Of a stretch of DNA of 64,000 bases, positions 45,387 to 54,761 are shown piece after piece. A program made the translations under genes and the position numbers. Under the pieces are notes generated by a model. That model saw only the letters and a program-made list of their open reading frames with translations, made no database searches and was not told the DNA's origin. Source of the DNA: a virus; the IMG/VR virus record IMGVR_UViG_3300014257_000015, positions 32,001-96,000 of that record, one strand, 5' to 3'. Within the stretch, counting starts at the first letter, position 1. Each line of letters opens with the position of its first letter.

Positions 45387-45575
45387 ATGTCTGAAATGGC
45401 TCATACAAACGTGGCGTTAGATCGATGGGCGGTGACGACGGACAACGACCAATTGCGCATTGTGATTCGTCCAAACAACAAACCCGACTACACCATCACC
45501 AGCCGCTACACGCCTGGCGACTTGGATGCGTTGATATCATTTTTGGTGCGCGTAAAGGAACGATTAACCAAATAG
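45387..45575 (+). CDS. hypothetical protein
   Basis: GAGGTG RBS. Confidence 0.55.
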   Translation: MSEMAHTNVALDRWAVTTDNDQLRIVIRPNNKPDYTITSRYTPGDLDALISFLVRVKERLTK

Positions 45576-45597
45576 AAACACGATTCGGAGAAATCAC

Positions 45598-46422
45598 ATG
45601 AGAGATCTTGCTGTGTTGTCTGGGGGATTTGTGTTTGCTTTTCCGAGGGCGATTTTGTCAACGTTGAATGAAAAGGTCGTTAATGGCCAATCGTTGACTA
45701 CGCATTACACCCGGGGGAAACACGAGATTGAATGCAATCGATTTCGCGCATTGCTGAATTCTCGACGGAAGATCGGGGTGATTTGCATCTCGATGAAGCC
45801 TGATGAAGAAGTCCTTGCTGAGCTTCGCGCCGAGGGGATATCTGTTATACTCGTGGATGAACTGATGGAAGGGGCGTCTTCAGTTGCCGTCGACAACTAT
45901 CGGGGCGGGTTCATGGTCGGTGAACACTTCGCAAAGACAGGCAGAAAACGTTTTGCTGTCGTTTGTGGTGACCGAAAGAGGAATGGGGGATTCAACGCAA
46001 TTCAACGCGTACAAGGCTTCGAGGATGCGTTGAAGCGCAACGGGCTGAGTCTCGAACCCAGCCACATCATCGAGGTCATTGACTACTCGTATGGCGATGG
46101 ACAGCGGGCATTGTCACAAATTTTGTCAGAAAGAATGGGCGTGGATGCCATATTCTCGGCCGCTGGAGATGATTGCGCAACGGGGATGTTGAGAACGGCA
46201 CAAGACAACGGCATTAAAATACCGGATGAAATTGCGCTCGTAGGGTTCGACGATTTGGCTACGTCGCCATTTGCCACACCGGCCTTGACTACCGTTCGCC
46301 AACCTCTCGTTGAATTGGCAGAGGTGGCATATCATCTGGCCTCTGACCCGAGCGAAAAGTTGATAAGCGCTCCTGTACGGCGCACTTTGGAACCCGTTCT
46401 GATTGTGAGAGATTCGGCATGA
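45598..46422 (+). CDS. LacI/GalR-family effector-binding domain lacking the HTH
   Basis: SVAVDNYRGG, RVQGF, DAIF...DD.A.G, IPDEIALVGFDD, PALTTVRQP, LIVRDSA; 274 aa with own GGAG RBS. Confidence 0.9.
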   Translation: MRDLAVLSGGFVFAFPRAILSTLNEKVVNGQSLTTHYTRGKHEIECNRFRALLNSRRKIGVICISMKPDEEVLAELRAEGISVILVDELMEGASSVAVDNYRGGFMVGEHFAKTGRKRFAVVCGDRKRNGGFNAIQRVQGFEDALKRNGLSLEPSHIIEVIDYSYGDGQRALSQILSERMGVDAIFSAAGDDCATGMLRTAQDNGIKIPDEIALVGFDDLATSPFATPALTTVRQPLVELAEVAYHLASDPSEKLISAPVRRTLEPVLIVRDSA

Positions 46423-47036
46423 CAAAATTGGAATTCAAAGATGCCGGCCGAGGGCTAAAAAGGGCTGAATTCAGAGATGCCAACGGGGAATTGTGTTCAA
46501 TACAGATGTCTTCATCCGCAGGCGCCCCGCACATTTGGCTTGGGTGTAACGAAGGCACGCACCTCAGAGGCGAGTGCATGGCCCGTATGCATCTCAACCA
46601 GGAACAAGTCAAATCACTTCTCCCAGCAATGGAGAATTTTGTTGCTTCTGGTGTTTTGCAACCGAATGATCAGAAGGCGTTGCTGTCCAATGCTATTTTT
46701 GTTCTTCAGCAGATTCACGAAGATTGGAACAAGTCATTTGATTGCAAAATAGGCGCTGATGTGATCATAAAAGCAGCGGATGTGATTGAAGAGATATTGG
46801 ATTTGGGGACGCCTTTGCCGTCAATTGTTCCGTCGAATGATGGAATACAATTCGAGTGGCACTGCTGTCAAGTGGACTTTGAGATCACAATCTCTTCGAC
46901 ACTTACCATTTCGGCAAGCTACGAAGATCTCACGACAGGGGAAGAGTGGGATGGGTGCGGGATACTGAGTTGTGTATCGCTGCGACCTTTCATCAGCGTC
47001 ATCACAAAAAGACACAAGGCGAAAGGAGAGGGGTGA
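46419..47036 (+). CDS. hypothetical protein (two apparent domains)
   Basis: ATGA overlap; CSIQMSS....IWLG....RMHL phage-type motif. Confidence 0.7.
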   Translation: MTKLEFKDAGRGLKRAEFRDANGELCSIQMSSSAGAPHIWLGCNEGTHLRGECMARMHLNQEQVKSLLPAMENFVASGVLQPNDQKALLSNAIFVLQQIHEDWNKSFDCKIGADVIIKAADVIEEILDLGTPLPSIVPSNDGIQFEWHCCQVDFEITISSTLTISASYEDLTTGEEWDGCGILSCVSLRPFISVITKRHKAKGEG

Positions 47037-48010
47037 TGGAAATAGTGTCGTTGTTCAGCGGGGGTGGCGGGTTGGATCTAGGTTTTGAACAGGCCGGATT
47101 CAAGACGTTGAAATGCGTGGATAACGACCCCGAGGCTTGTAAAACGCTTCGATTGAATAGGCCGAATTGGGATGTTTTCGAGGGAAGCGTTGAAGCTTGG
47201 TTGGATTCCGATGACATTCGCAAATACATTGGCGTTGACGGCGTAATCGGCGGGCCGCCGTGCCAGGGATTCAGCGTGGCGGGGAAGAGCGACCCGAACG
47301 ACGCGCGCAACAAGTTGTGGAAACAGTATTTTCGTGTTGTGAATTTACTTCTGCCAACGTTCATCGTGGTCGAGAATGTTCCAGGGATGGCAAGCAAAAG
47401 AAACGTGCACCAACTCGAAGAAATGGTTGAAGCATTCCAGTCCATCGGGTATTGTCTTGAATACGGAATATTGGATGCCGCTGATTTTGGCGTTCCACAA
47501 CGAAGAAAACGCATAATCATGTTGGGTTGCCGAGGGGCGCGACTTTCGTTGCCGCTGCCTATGTCGTCTCAATTGGTTACCGTGGAAGAGGCCATAGGGG
47601 ATATCGCTGGCTTGTATGATTTGCCCAATCATTGTCCACCTAAGCACGCTGACAGAGTGGTCGAGAGGTGGAGGAAACTGAAACCAGGTGAATTGGATTA
47701 TGAATACCGGCGCCAACGCTTGGACAAGGATGATGTCAGCCCGACAATCCGAGCGGGCGGGAGTCTCGGCCCGAGCGGAAAGCACCTAGCTGGGTTCCAT
47801 CCACCAATCCACTATTCGCTACCTCGGCAATTGACGGTTCGAGAGGCAGCCAGGATACAAGGATTTCCAGATGATTGGGTTTTCGGAGGCTCGAAGACCG
47901 CCGCCGGCCGCCAGGTAGGAAATGCCGTTCCGCCACCATTAGCCAAAGCAATCGCTGAGTCAATATCCAACAAATTGCAATTTCGGAGAAACAACGATGA
48001 TCATCGTTAA
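47036..48010 (+). CDS. DNA (cytosine-5) methyltransferase
   Basis: LFSGGGG, GGPPCQGFS, ENVPG, PQRRKR, REAARIQGFP, GNAVPP. Confidence 0.96.
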   Translation: MEIVSLFSGGGGLDLGFEQAGFKTLKCVDNDPEACKTLRLNRPNWDVFEGSVEAWLDSDDIRKYIGVDGVIGGPPCQGFSVAGKSDPNDARNKLWKQYFRVVNLLLPTFIVVENVPGMASKRNVHQLEEMVEAFQSIGYCLEYGILDAADFGVPQRRKRIIMLGCRGARLSLPLPMSSQLVTVEEAIGDIAGLYDLPNHCPPKHADRVVERWRKLKPGELDYEYRRQRLDKDDVSPTIRAGGSLGPSGKHLAGFHPPIHYSLPRQLTVREAARIQGFPDDWVFGGSKTAAGRQVGNAVPPPLAKAIAESISNKLQFRRNNDDHR

Positions 48011-48248
48011 GCGACAAGGATTTATGCTTTGGACGCAAGGCATATTGATGGACCGAGACCGCGAAGGGAACGTGGTCATTGGGGATGACACGAAGAATGA
48101 AGAGGCAGAAAAGGCTCTCGAACGAGGCGAAGAGATTGGGCTAACTATCAATGGCCGATTGGTATCAACGATGAAGCTCGAAGACGGCGCGTTTGTGGAG
48201 AAATTGTACAGCGCCCCGAAGGTGAAGACGAAGAAAGGGAAGAAATGA
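47997..48248 (+). CDS. hypothetical protein
   Basis: GGAG RBS, overlaps neighbours. Confidence 0.6.
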   Translation: MIIVKRQGFMLWTQGILMDRDREGNVVIGDDTKNEEAEKALERGEEIGLTINGRLVSTMKLEDGAFVEKLYSAPKVKTKKGKK

Positions 48249-48805
48249 CTACAACCAAAAAACACATATGGGAACCAATAGAACACGAATTCAGACGTAC
48301 TGTTTCCATATGCAAAAGATGCGGAATTCGGCGCCAGACAATATCGTATGGTGGACGGTGGCCGAATGTTAGTTGGAAAACCACATACATCGTGAATGGC
48401 AGAGAAAGTCGCACAGCAGGGCGCTGCATGGCTTTCATGGATTTTCACAAATGGAAACATCGAGAAGGCGAACCTTGGATGCATTGCGTGGTGTGTAAGG
48501 CGCAGATGATGACAACATTGGTGGCCGCTGGAAAGGAATCCAAGTCAACACTCTATTTTCGAAAGTCACCTGACGACAAGTGGTCCAAAGGGTATTTGGG
48601 CTGTGAATCAGAACGAGTCTCAGCGTTGAAAAAGATGGCACCGGGGACAACGGTTGAAGTCAGAATGGACGACGACACCACAATCAAAACAACGACCAAA
48701 TCCGAGCCATGGGAAGCCTACGCAGGGCAGTGGTTGGTTCTGCTCGAAGGGTTCTCAGCCGGGTATGATCTATCAAGGGTGACACCTGTAGTTGATCAAG
48801 GGTGA
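48245..48805 (+). CDS. hypothetical protein with two H-W..CxxC repeats
   Basis: HIW..CKRCG and HKW..CVVCK. Confidence 0.65.
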   Translation: MTTTKKHIWEPIEHEFRRTVSICKRCGIRRQTISYGGRWPNVSWKTTYIVNGRESRTAGRCMAFMDFHKWKHREGEPWMHCVVCKAQMMTTLVAAGKESKSTLYFRKSPDDKWSKGYLGCESERVSALKKMAPGTTVEVRMDDDTTIKTTTKSEPWEAYAGQWLVLLEGFSAGYDLSRVTPVVDQG

Positions 48806-48844
48806 GGTGATCAAGATGAGATTGGTGAAACGAGGGAAGAAGCA

Positions 48845-49048
48845 TTGAAACTTCAAGTGATGATGGTTGACAAGATTGGCACCGATATTGCTCTGTTCCA
48901 CCAGAACGAATGCGTTCCATTTCGTCGAAGGCAAATCACCATAGAACTCACTCCAGAACAAATTGATGAATTGAAACCTAGGCACACAGGAAATATCAAC
49001 GGGGATGATTATTTCGAGGAAATAGGGAACGTGTGGATCGAGGACTGA
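48845..49048 (+). CDS. hypothetical protein
   Basis: GAGGG RBS, TTG start. Confidence 0.5.
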   Translation: MKLQVMMVDKIGTDIALFHQNECVPFRRRQITIELTPEQIDELKPRHTGNINGDDYFEEIGNVWIED

Positions 49049-49070
49049 TAAACGAGTTGAAAGAGAGGGA

Positions 49071-49919
49071 GTGGTGATCAAATTCATAGGGATCGATTCG
49101 TCCACAGACACCAAGTCTGGATTCCAAATAGGGCACGCTCTGATGTGGGTAGGCGACGGTTCCAAGCCAGGCGTGTTGTTTAGGTGCAAAACCGAAAGAG
49201 CGGTGTCAGAAAAAGATGCCGATGAAATGGTGTCTTCGGGAAAATTCAAAGCATTCTCGGACTTGCTCGAATTGGACGAAAACAAGATCCAAAACATCCC
49301 GAGACGAGAGTTGTATCTAGCGCAGATTACCAGAGAGTCATTGGAGGCGTACGGCGAAGATTTCCTGTTACGTAGTGCGCTGAAAGAGATGGAACTGGAA
49401 GTGACAGCAATTCACAGTTGGTTGGATACGTTCGGTTGGAAAACAATACTGTTGCGTGGTGTGAAAAAAGGTTCTGTCGACATCCAACCCTATGACCGAA
49501 CGCCAAAGGACATGAAGATGAGATTGGTGAAACAGAAAAAGGTTGGGCAATGTGGTCCGGCGTGCCTCGCTATGGTTACGGGGATGACGTTGGAAGAGGT
49601 GATGGAAGAGGTTGGGGATGTTTCCTACGGTCTCAACGACGCACAAATGGTGGATTTCTTGATGAAGCATAACATTCCAGCCATTTCCTCTACCATATGG
49701 CCTTCGGCGGCCATTCCAGCCATCCTCACAGTACCATCGTTGAACCATATTGGCTTGCTCCATTACGTTGTTTGGGACGGGGAGCGGTTTCTAGATCCTA
49801 CGATGGGCCAAAAAGAGTACCCGGGCGATGCTCATGTATTGGAGAATGGTCGGGAAATCATCGCTTGGGCAACGGCCATCCTGATTTGGCCCTATCCTGT
49901 AGTTGATTTCCCGAAATGA
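49071..49919 (+). CDS. protein with C-terminal C39-like cysteine peptidase domain
   Basis: KQ....CGPACLAM, HYVVWD, FLDP; possible internal start near 49512-49518. Confidence 0.7.
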   Translation: MVIKFIGIDSSTDTKSGFQIGHALMWVGDGSKPGVLFRCKTERAVSEKDADEMVSSGKFKAFSDLLELDENKIQNIPRRELYLAQITRESLEAYGEDFLLRSALKEMELEVTAIHSWLDTFGWKTILLRGVKKGSVDIQPYDRTPKDMKMRLVKQKKVGQCGPACLAMVTGMTLEEVMEEVGDVSYGLNDAQMVDFLMKHNIPAISSTIWPSAAIPAILTVPSLNHIGLLHYVVWDGERFLDPTMGQKEYPGDAHVLENGREIIAWATAILIWPYPVVDFPK

Positions 49920-49928
49920 AAGGGTGTT

Positions 49929-50246
49929 TTGATGTCCGGTCACATGGAGACAATTGAAGGCTTTCCGATATTCATTCCAAATGATGTCGAGGAGGGAGAT
50001 GGCTTTTATGTCAGTTACAACTCCCGTGACGTTGCTGAATATGGCAGCGATACGACGGCGCTGGTGGTCGGACAGATGGAACACTTTTACATCTTGAACG
50101 GGGACCACAGAAAAGCATACGCAAAGCTCATCCCAGAAGGGTTCGAGGCTTGTAAACGGTATTTTGATGAAAACGTGGCTTTGAAGAACAAATACAGCGA
50201 ATGTGGCACCCATATTTGGGGGAAAGTAGACCAAAAGAAGCGATGA
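49929..50246 (+). CDS. hypothetical protein
   Basis: FYVSYN..YGSDTTAL..FYILNGDH. Confidence 0.7.
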   Translation: MMSGHMETIEGFPIFIPNDVEEGDGFYVSYNSRDVAEYGSDTTALVVGQMEHFYILNGDHRKAYAKLIPEGFEACKRYFDENVALKNKYSECGTHIWGKVDQKKR

Positions 50247-50419
50247 CTTTCACAAAAGAGGTCGTGATTTGGTGCGATAATTGCTGTCATTGGGAAAGAG
50301 TAAACACCAAAAATGTGCGAAAAGCCAGAAAGGTGCTGAAAAATAGCGGTTGGAGTAAGGATTCGCACGGCCACGATTATTGTCCAAATTGTACAGACAG
50401 AGAAGGGACAGCGCGATGA
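50243..50419 (+). CDS. small Zn-finger protein
   Basis: CDNC...GW......DYCPNC; ATGA overlaps. Confidence 0.65.
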   Translation: MTFTKEVVIWCDNCCHWERVNTKNVRKARKVLKNSGWSKDSHGHDYCPNCTDREGTAR

Positions 50420-50829
50420 AGATGACGTTTATTGGATTGGAGGGCGGATGCCCCGATGATGTCCCTGTGGTGTTTGGAGCAGCGGCCGCAAAAATCGAAG
50501 ACAGCGACCGCGTGACCAATTGCGTCACGTGGATGGAATTGTCGGAGAAGCGCTTTGATGAATTGGTGGAAGAGGGACACGCTACGCGAATCACTCCAGC
50601 AACCCTCGAAGTTCCAGAAACAGTCAAATTGGAAAAACTCCAAGTTTTCATCGCTCGAAGATTGAAGAACGCGAAGAACTATGGGACAATCCGTTGGGAA
50701 ACGCAGATGAGGTTAAACCCCACCATCAACCGCCACATCCTCGGAGAATGGGTAGACGACCGAGGGGACAGGTTCATGGTTGTTGATTCGATTATTGCTG
50801 TTCCGCCTGACGAGAGCATGGTTAGGTAG
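50416..50829 (+). CDS. hypothetical protein
   Basis: ATGA overlap. Confidence 0.6.
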   Translation: MKMTFIGLEGGCPDDVPVVFGAAAAKIEDSDRVTNCVTWMELSEKRFDELVEEGHATRITPATLEVPETVKLEKLQVFIARRLKNAKNYGTIRWETQMRLNPTINRHILGEWVDDRGDRFMVVDSIIAVPPDESMVR

Positions 50830-50914
50830 GGGAGAAGATAAGGGAGTAGAGCGCCATCGATTCTTAGGTGGAAATATTGCGAAAGAAACGTGTGAAAGAA
50901 AGAGAGAACGAACG

Positions 50915-51292
50915 ATGGAAGAGGTGAAGATTGAATTCGGGGCGATCGCGAGAGAAATCCAACACGCAATCGACACCGGGGCGGCCTATGGGCTGGGGAA
51001 ACAAATTGGAAAGGGAATCGTCGAAGAAGTGAAACCGAAGACACAGAAATTGCTCCTCAATGCTCCGAATGAAGAAGGTTGGCAAATCGACTACAGCCAA
51101 TTGCAAGAGATCACAGAAAACTCCAATAGGAAGAATTGGGCGAAATTCGTATCATTGGAAGAGGTGGAAGACGTTGCGCTGGCGCTGATGGAAATGGGAT
51201 TCATCGAAGGGGTTCAACTCTCGGAATCGAGCGGTGGCCCGTCTAAGCTCAAGCCAAAGAAATCCAAGAAGGGGAAGCACTCCAAACCATGA
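50915..51292 (+). CDS. hypothetical protein
   Basis: purine-rich leader, ATGA overlap downstream. Confidence 0.6.
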   Translation: MEEVKIEFGAIAREIQHAIDTGAAYGLGKQIGKGIVEEVKPKTQKLLLNAPNEEGWQIDYSQLQEITENSNRKNWAKFVSLEEVEDVALALMEMGFIEGVQLSESSGGPSKLKPKKSKKGKHSKP

Positions 51293-51501
51293 CCACTAAG
51301 ACAAGGTCAGAATTGGAGCGTGAGACGGGCATCCCATGCCTCGAATACGAAGAGGGCGAAGGATATGGAGGAGGGTTGAACTGCGAGTATTGCGACGCTA
51401 GCGTTGAAGGGGATTGCGACGAGTGTGTATTGAACGGCGGAACGAAAGACCCCAGAACGTGGCAAGAATACACTCCAACCAATCCCGAGAACGCCAAATA
51501 A
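51289..51501 (+). CDS. small Cys-rich protein
   Basis: CEYC..CDEC. Confidence 0.6.
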   Translation: MTTKTRSELERETGIPCLEYEEGEGYGGGLNCEYCDASVEGDCDECVLNGGTKDPRTWQEYTPTNPENAK

Positions 51502-52369
51502 CATAGCCGCATTACCACCCACGTAACCACCCACATAATACACCAATTAGTACAACCTACCATTATTACAATCCACCTAGACACAACCTTATGGTATATC
51601 GGCCATATCCAATATCCATCCAATCGACACCAATCCCAACCACCCCACACCGCGAAGAGACGAAACCACCTAACGTGTGAAAAGAAGCATAGATGATTGG
51701 AAGGACGCCATACCAATCGAAACCAATCACCAATACCAAAACACCCACCCATCCCCGTTAAGACCATCCCGAGGCCTAAAGGATGACGTGTGAATAGAAG
51801 AGGAATTGAATGGGCTTCCGACCCCTCCAGACCTATAGGGGCAGAGGGAAGAAAGGAACGAGAGAAGGAGGGAGAAAGCCCCGTAAGGAGAAGAACGAAT
51901 AACCCATATAATACAATACGAAGTAGAACGACGATAGGAGTAGAACGTATACGTAGGAGTAGAGGAGAAGTAGGGACAGGAGAAAAGGGAATTGGAAGTT
52001 GAGGAAGAGAACGTGTGTTGTAGGGAGCGTGTGAGCGTTGTGGCGTCCCGCACACATGTGCCACACCACATCACCAATCGAAAAACCAATACAAGTAACG
52101 CGCCAACCACACATCCAGCCAATCGGCGTATGCTCCAATCACCAATCCATAGTGCTCCAATGCTCCAATCGTTCGTACGGCGTATTGGGGCGTGTATTGG
52201 TTTACAACGAACGTTGTAACGTCGAAGTGATGCGCCAGCGCATACGGCCGGATCGAATCTAGATCTAGATTCTTATTGCTGAGCCAACTCCAATTGGAGA
52301 GCCATCGTGACCGCTAGGCCACCGGCTCTACTACGTAGTAGAGTACATCCCCGTACAAGTGGCTGATGG
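51502..52369. other. long non-coding, strand-skewed region with CCAAT boxes and clustered palindromes (candidate origin, packaging or terminus region)
   Basis: A/C-rich, A/G-rich, then A/C-rich blocks; palindromes at 52202-52219, 52230-52243, 52255-52272, 52288-52299, 52326-52343. Confidence 0.6.
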
Positions 52370-52622
52370 TTGGAGGGCTTGGTGATGGGAAAGGTTGTTG
52401 TGGTGAAGAGAATGGCGCATGTAGCATCCGCGTTTCTGCGTTGGTTGATAGCATTGGGGCGTCGATTGGCCGCTAGGCCTGTGGATGAGCGTTGGAACGT
52501 GTGTGGCCCCACCCCCACTGGCAGCGAAACCGAGGGGTGTGGTGGTCGCACTGCCATGGCTGGCACGCCCACACCGCACAACAATTTCGCCAAAAACACC
52601 AATAACCAATCAGCCAATAGTG

Positions 52623-52694
52623 CAAGCGTTGGAACGTCAACCAATCCAAGCGTTGGAACGTCAACCAATCCAAGCGTTGGAGCACCAACCAACC
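52623..52694 (+). repeat. 24-bp tandem repeat x3 (third degenerate)
   Basis: CAAGCGTTGGAACGTCAACCAATC at 52623, 52647, variant at 52671. Confidence 0.9.
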
Positions 52695-52942
52695 CTGCCA
52701 CCGAAGAACCAACCAACCCCGCCACCTCCACACCCCCGAACCCCATCACCCTCACATTCTCAGACCCCGAGGCCGCCACCGCTACCATCAGAGCCGCAAT
52801 CACATCCATCGAAGCACTCACGAAATGGTTCAACGCCCATGACCCGAGACCGTTTACCAATGGACCGACATCCCCGCCATTTACACCATTCACACCCACA
52901 CCAGAAATCGAGAAAAAGATTTGCGTGAAAGGAGAAAAACCA

Positions 52943-53728
52943 ATGAACAAGAAACCAATACCGAAACAGTGGTCCAGTAAAGTGGACAAGACGAAGGTCC
53001 ATCCAGCCCTCGTCGAGGTGGTCACACTTGCTCTCGATGAACTCGCAGCCGAAGATGTGTACTTTAAGGTGTACAGCGGACTGCGAACATTTTCGGAGCA
53101 AGACGCCCTATATGCCCAGGGGCGTACGACTTCGGGAAATGTTGTGACGAAGGCGAAGGGCGGGCAGTCGATGCACAATTATGGATTGGCGTTGGACCTG
53201 GCGCCGTATAAGCCCGGGAGTGATTCTGAGGTTTATTGGCCTGAGCCTGATAAGAAGAACCCGGCGGGGTGTCCTTGGTATCGATTGGAGGCGGCATTGG
53301 AGAAGGCTTCGAGATACCTGGACGAGAAGGCCCGGGGTGATGGGGTGGATGGTGATGGATTGGAGTTTGAGTGGGGTGGGCGTTGGAGATTCCGTGACGT
53401 TCCCCATTGTCAGGTCCGAACGACCATTGCTGAGCTCCAATCGGGCTACTATCCTCGGTGTGCGGACATGGATTGGAGTGTACGGGCACACCTCGATTGG
53501 CTGTGGGGTGGGGATTGGATGAGCCGTCGTGTCCAATGCCTGTTAGGCCGTCTCGGGTATTATCCCGGGGCTGTCGACGGGGACATTGGCCCACGCTCCA
53601 ACGCCGCAATGGCGCAGTTCCGTGAGCGCGAGAAGTTGCCGCGCGAGGGCGAGTTGTTCACGAGGGTGGCGGTGGAGGAGTTGGTGCGCGCGGAGCACCA
53701 ACTAGCTGATGGCGTTGGAGGGTTGTGA
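52943..53728 (+). CDS. endolysin: M15 (L-Ala-D-Glu-type) peptidase + C-terminal peptidoglycan-binding domain
   Basis: GLRT..EQ.ALYAQGRT, SMHNYGLALD, WGG.W..RDVPH, VDGDIGPRS; AAGGAG RBS at 52929 (frame open from 52370). Confidence 0.9.
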   Translation: MNKKPIPKQWSSKVDKTKVHPALVEVVTLALDELAAEDVYFKVYSGLRTFSEQDALYAQGRTTSGNVVTKAKGGQSMHNYGLALDLAPYKPGSDSEVYWPEPDKKNPAGCPWYRLEAALEKASRYLDEKARGDGVDGDGLEFEWGGRWRFRDVPHCQVRTTIAELQSGYYPRCADMDWSVRAHLDWLWGGDWMSRRVQCLLGRLGYYPGAVDGDIGPRSNAAMAQFREREKLPREGELFTRVAVEELVRAEHQLADGVGGL

Positions 53729-53978
53729 CGACGAGGTGGTTGTGCTGGAGCCGGAACAGAGGGCTGCGCTGATCGAGGCGGGCTTGATGGACGTGAGGCT
53801 CCAGCGCTCGGCCACCGGCGCCACAATCCATCGCATCAACAACACACGCCAGGTGCTTCGGTCATACTCTGAGATGTTGCGTTCTTCGGCCGACAGCGAA
53901 GAGGCGCGCCTGAACCATCGGGAATTGCTCGCTGCCATCGCCCGCGCATGGGTGTTGGTCGATTCTTCGCGTAAGTGA
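53709..53978 (+). CDS. hypothetical protein
   Basis: overlaps endolysin end. Confidence 0.55.
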   Translation: MALEGCDDEVVVLEPEQRAALIEAGLMDVRLQRSATGATIHRINNTRQVLRSYSEMLRSSADSEEARLNHRELLAAIARAWVLVDSSRK

Positions 53979-54246
53979 GTCAGCGTCGCTTCGCGCCGCG
54001 CGAAAGAACGAGGCGGCGAGCGGGCTGGTGCGAATCAAAGCCAATCCCGCTGGTCGCCAGTTCGTGCCATGGTTGACCGCTCGCCAATTTCGAAGGGACA
54101 GGCGAAAGATGGTTGTTTTGATGCTCATCGGTGCCGTGTTGGTTGTTTTAGCGATCGTCGTCATCACCTCCTTGATCTGCACCCCGTTCGCGTACTATGG
54201 TTTTTGTCAAAACTACTTGACCAATTGAGTCACCAAGGAGAAAGCA

Positions 54247-54423
54247 ATGGCAAATACAGTCTATCACATATGTGCGGAGTGCGCTGACACCATTGACAAT
54301 GAAACGGAAGTCGTGTGTGAGCAGTGTCACTATGGATTCTGCGCTTCGTGCTGTGAGACCAACGGCATCTGCGGCGAATGCGTAGACCTCGAACAGCAAC
54401 AGAACGAACAACAGAGCGATTGA
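54247..54423 (+). CDS. 58-aa Cys-rich zinc-finger peptide (below ORF-track cutoff)
   Basis: hand translation ..CAEC..CEQC..FCASC..CGEC; AAGGAG RBS. Confidence 0.65.
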   Translation: MANTVYHICAECADTIDNETEVVCEQCHYGFCASCCETNGICGECVDLEQQQNEQQSD

Positions 54424-54470
54424 TCAATTCGAAGAGCTCATAAATTCAATACACAAAGGAGAAAAAGACC

Positions 54471-54761
54471 ATGGTTGATCTCGGAGACAAAGAGTCAGAG
54501 AGGATTGCGTTGAAATATGGGGTGAAATTCGGGTTGTTCTTCGCGGCAGCCATTGTCTCGAATGCCCCGGGCGTAGCGCCGAAGGATATGGTCATTGCTG
54601 AGTTGCTGTTGGAGCTATCGAACGACAAAGAGAAGATAGAGCCAATAATGGCCGTAGTGTTGGACGACTTGAAGAACGGGAAGTCAGACGGCAAGAAATT
54701 CATCCAGCTTGTGTTGGATATCCTGGGAATTAAGCAAGCGCTTCCACCAGAATCCGAGTGA
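54471..54761 (+). CDS. hypothetical protein
   Basis: AAGGAG RBS. Confidence 0.7.
   Translation: MVDLGDKESERIALKYGVKFGLFFAAAIVSNAPGVAPKDMVIAELLLELSNDKEKIEPIMAVVLDDLKNGKSDGKKFIQLVLDILGIKQALPPESE

Noticed and set aside
52623-52694. Possible CRISPR array
   Set aside because: Repeats are directly adjacent with no unique spacers, and no cas genes are present.
51249-53178. Long minus-strand ORFs (51249-52064, 52273-53178)
   Set aside because: Low-complexity products of skewed composition, no motifs, opposite to the uniform + strand gene orientation.
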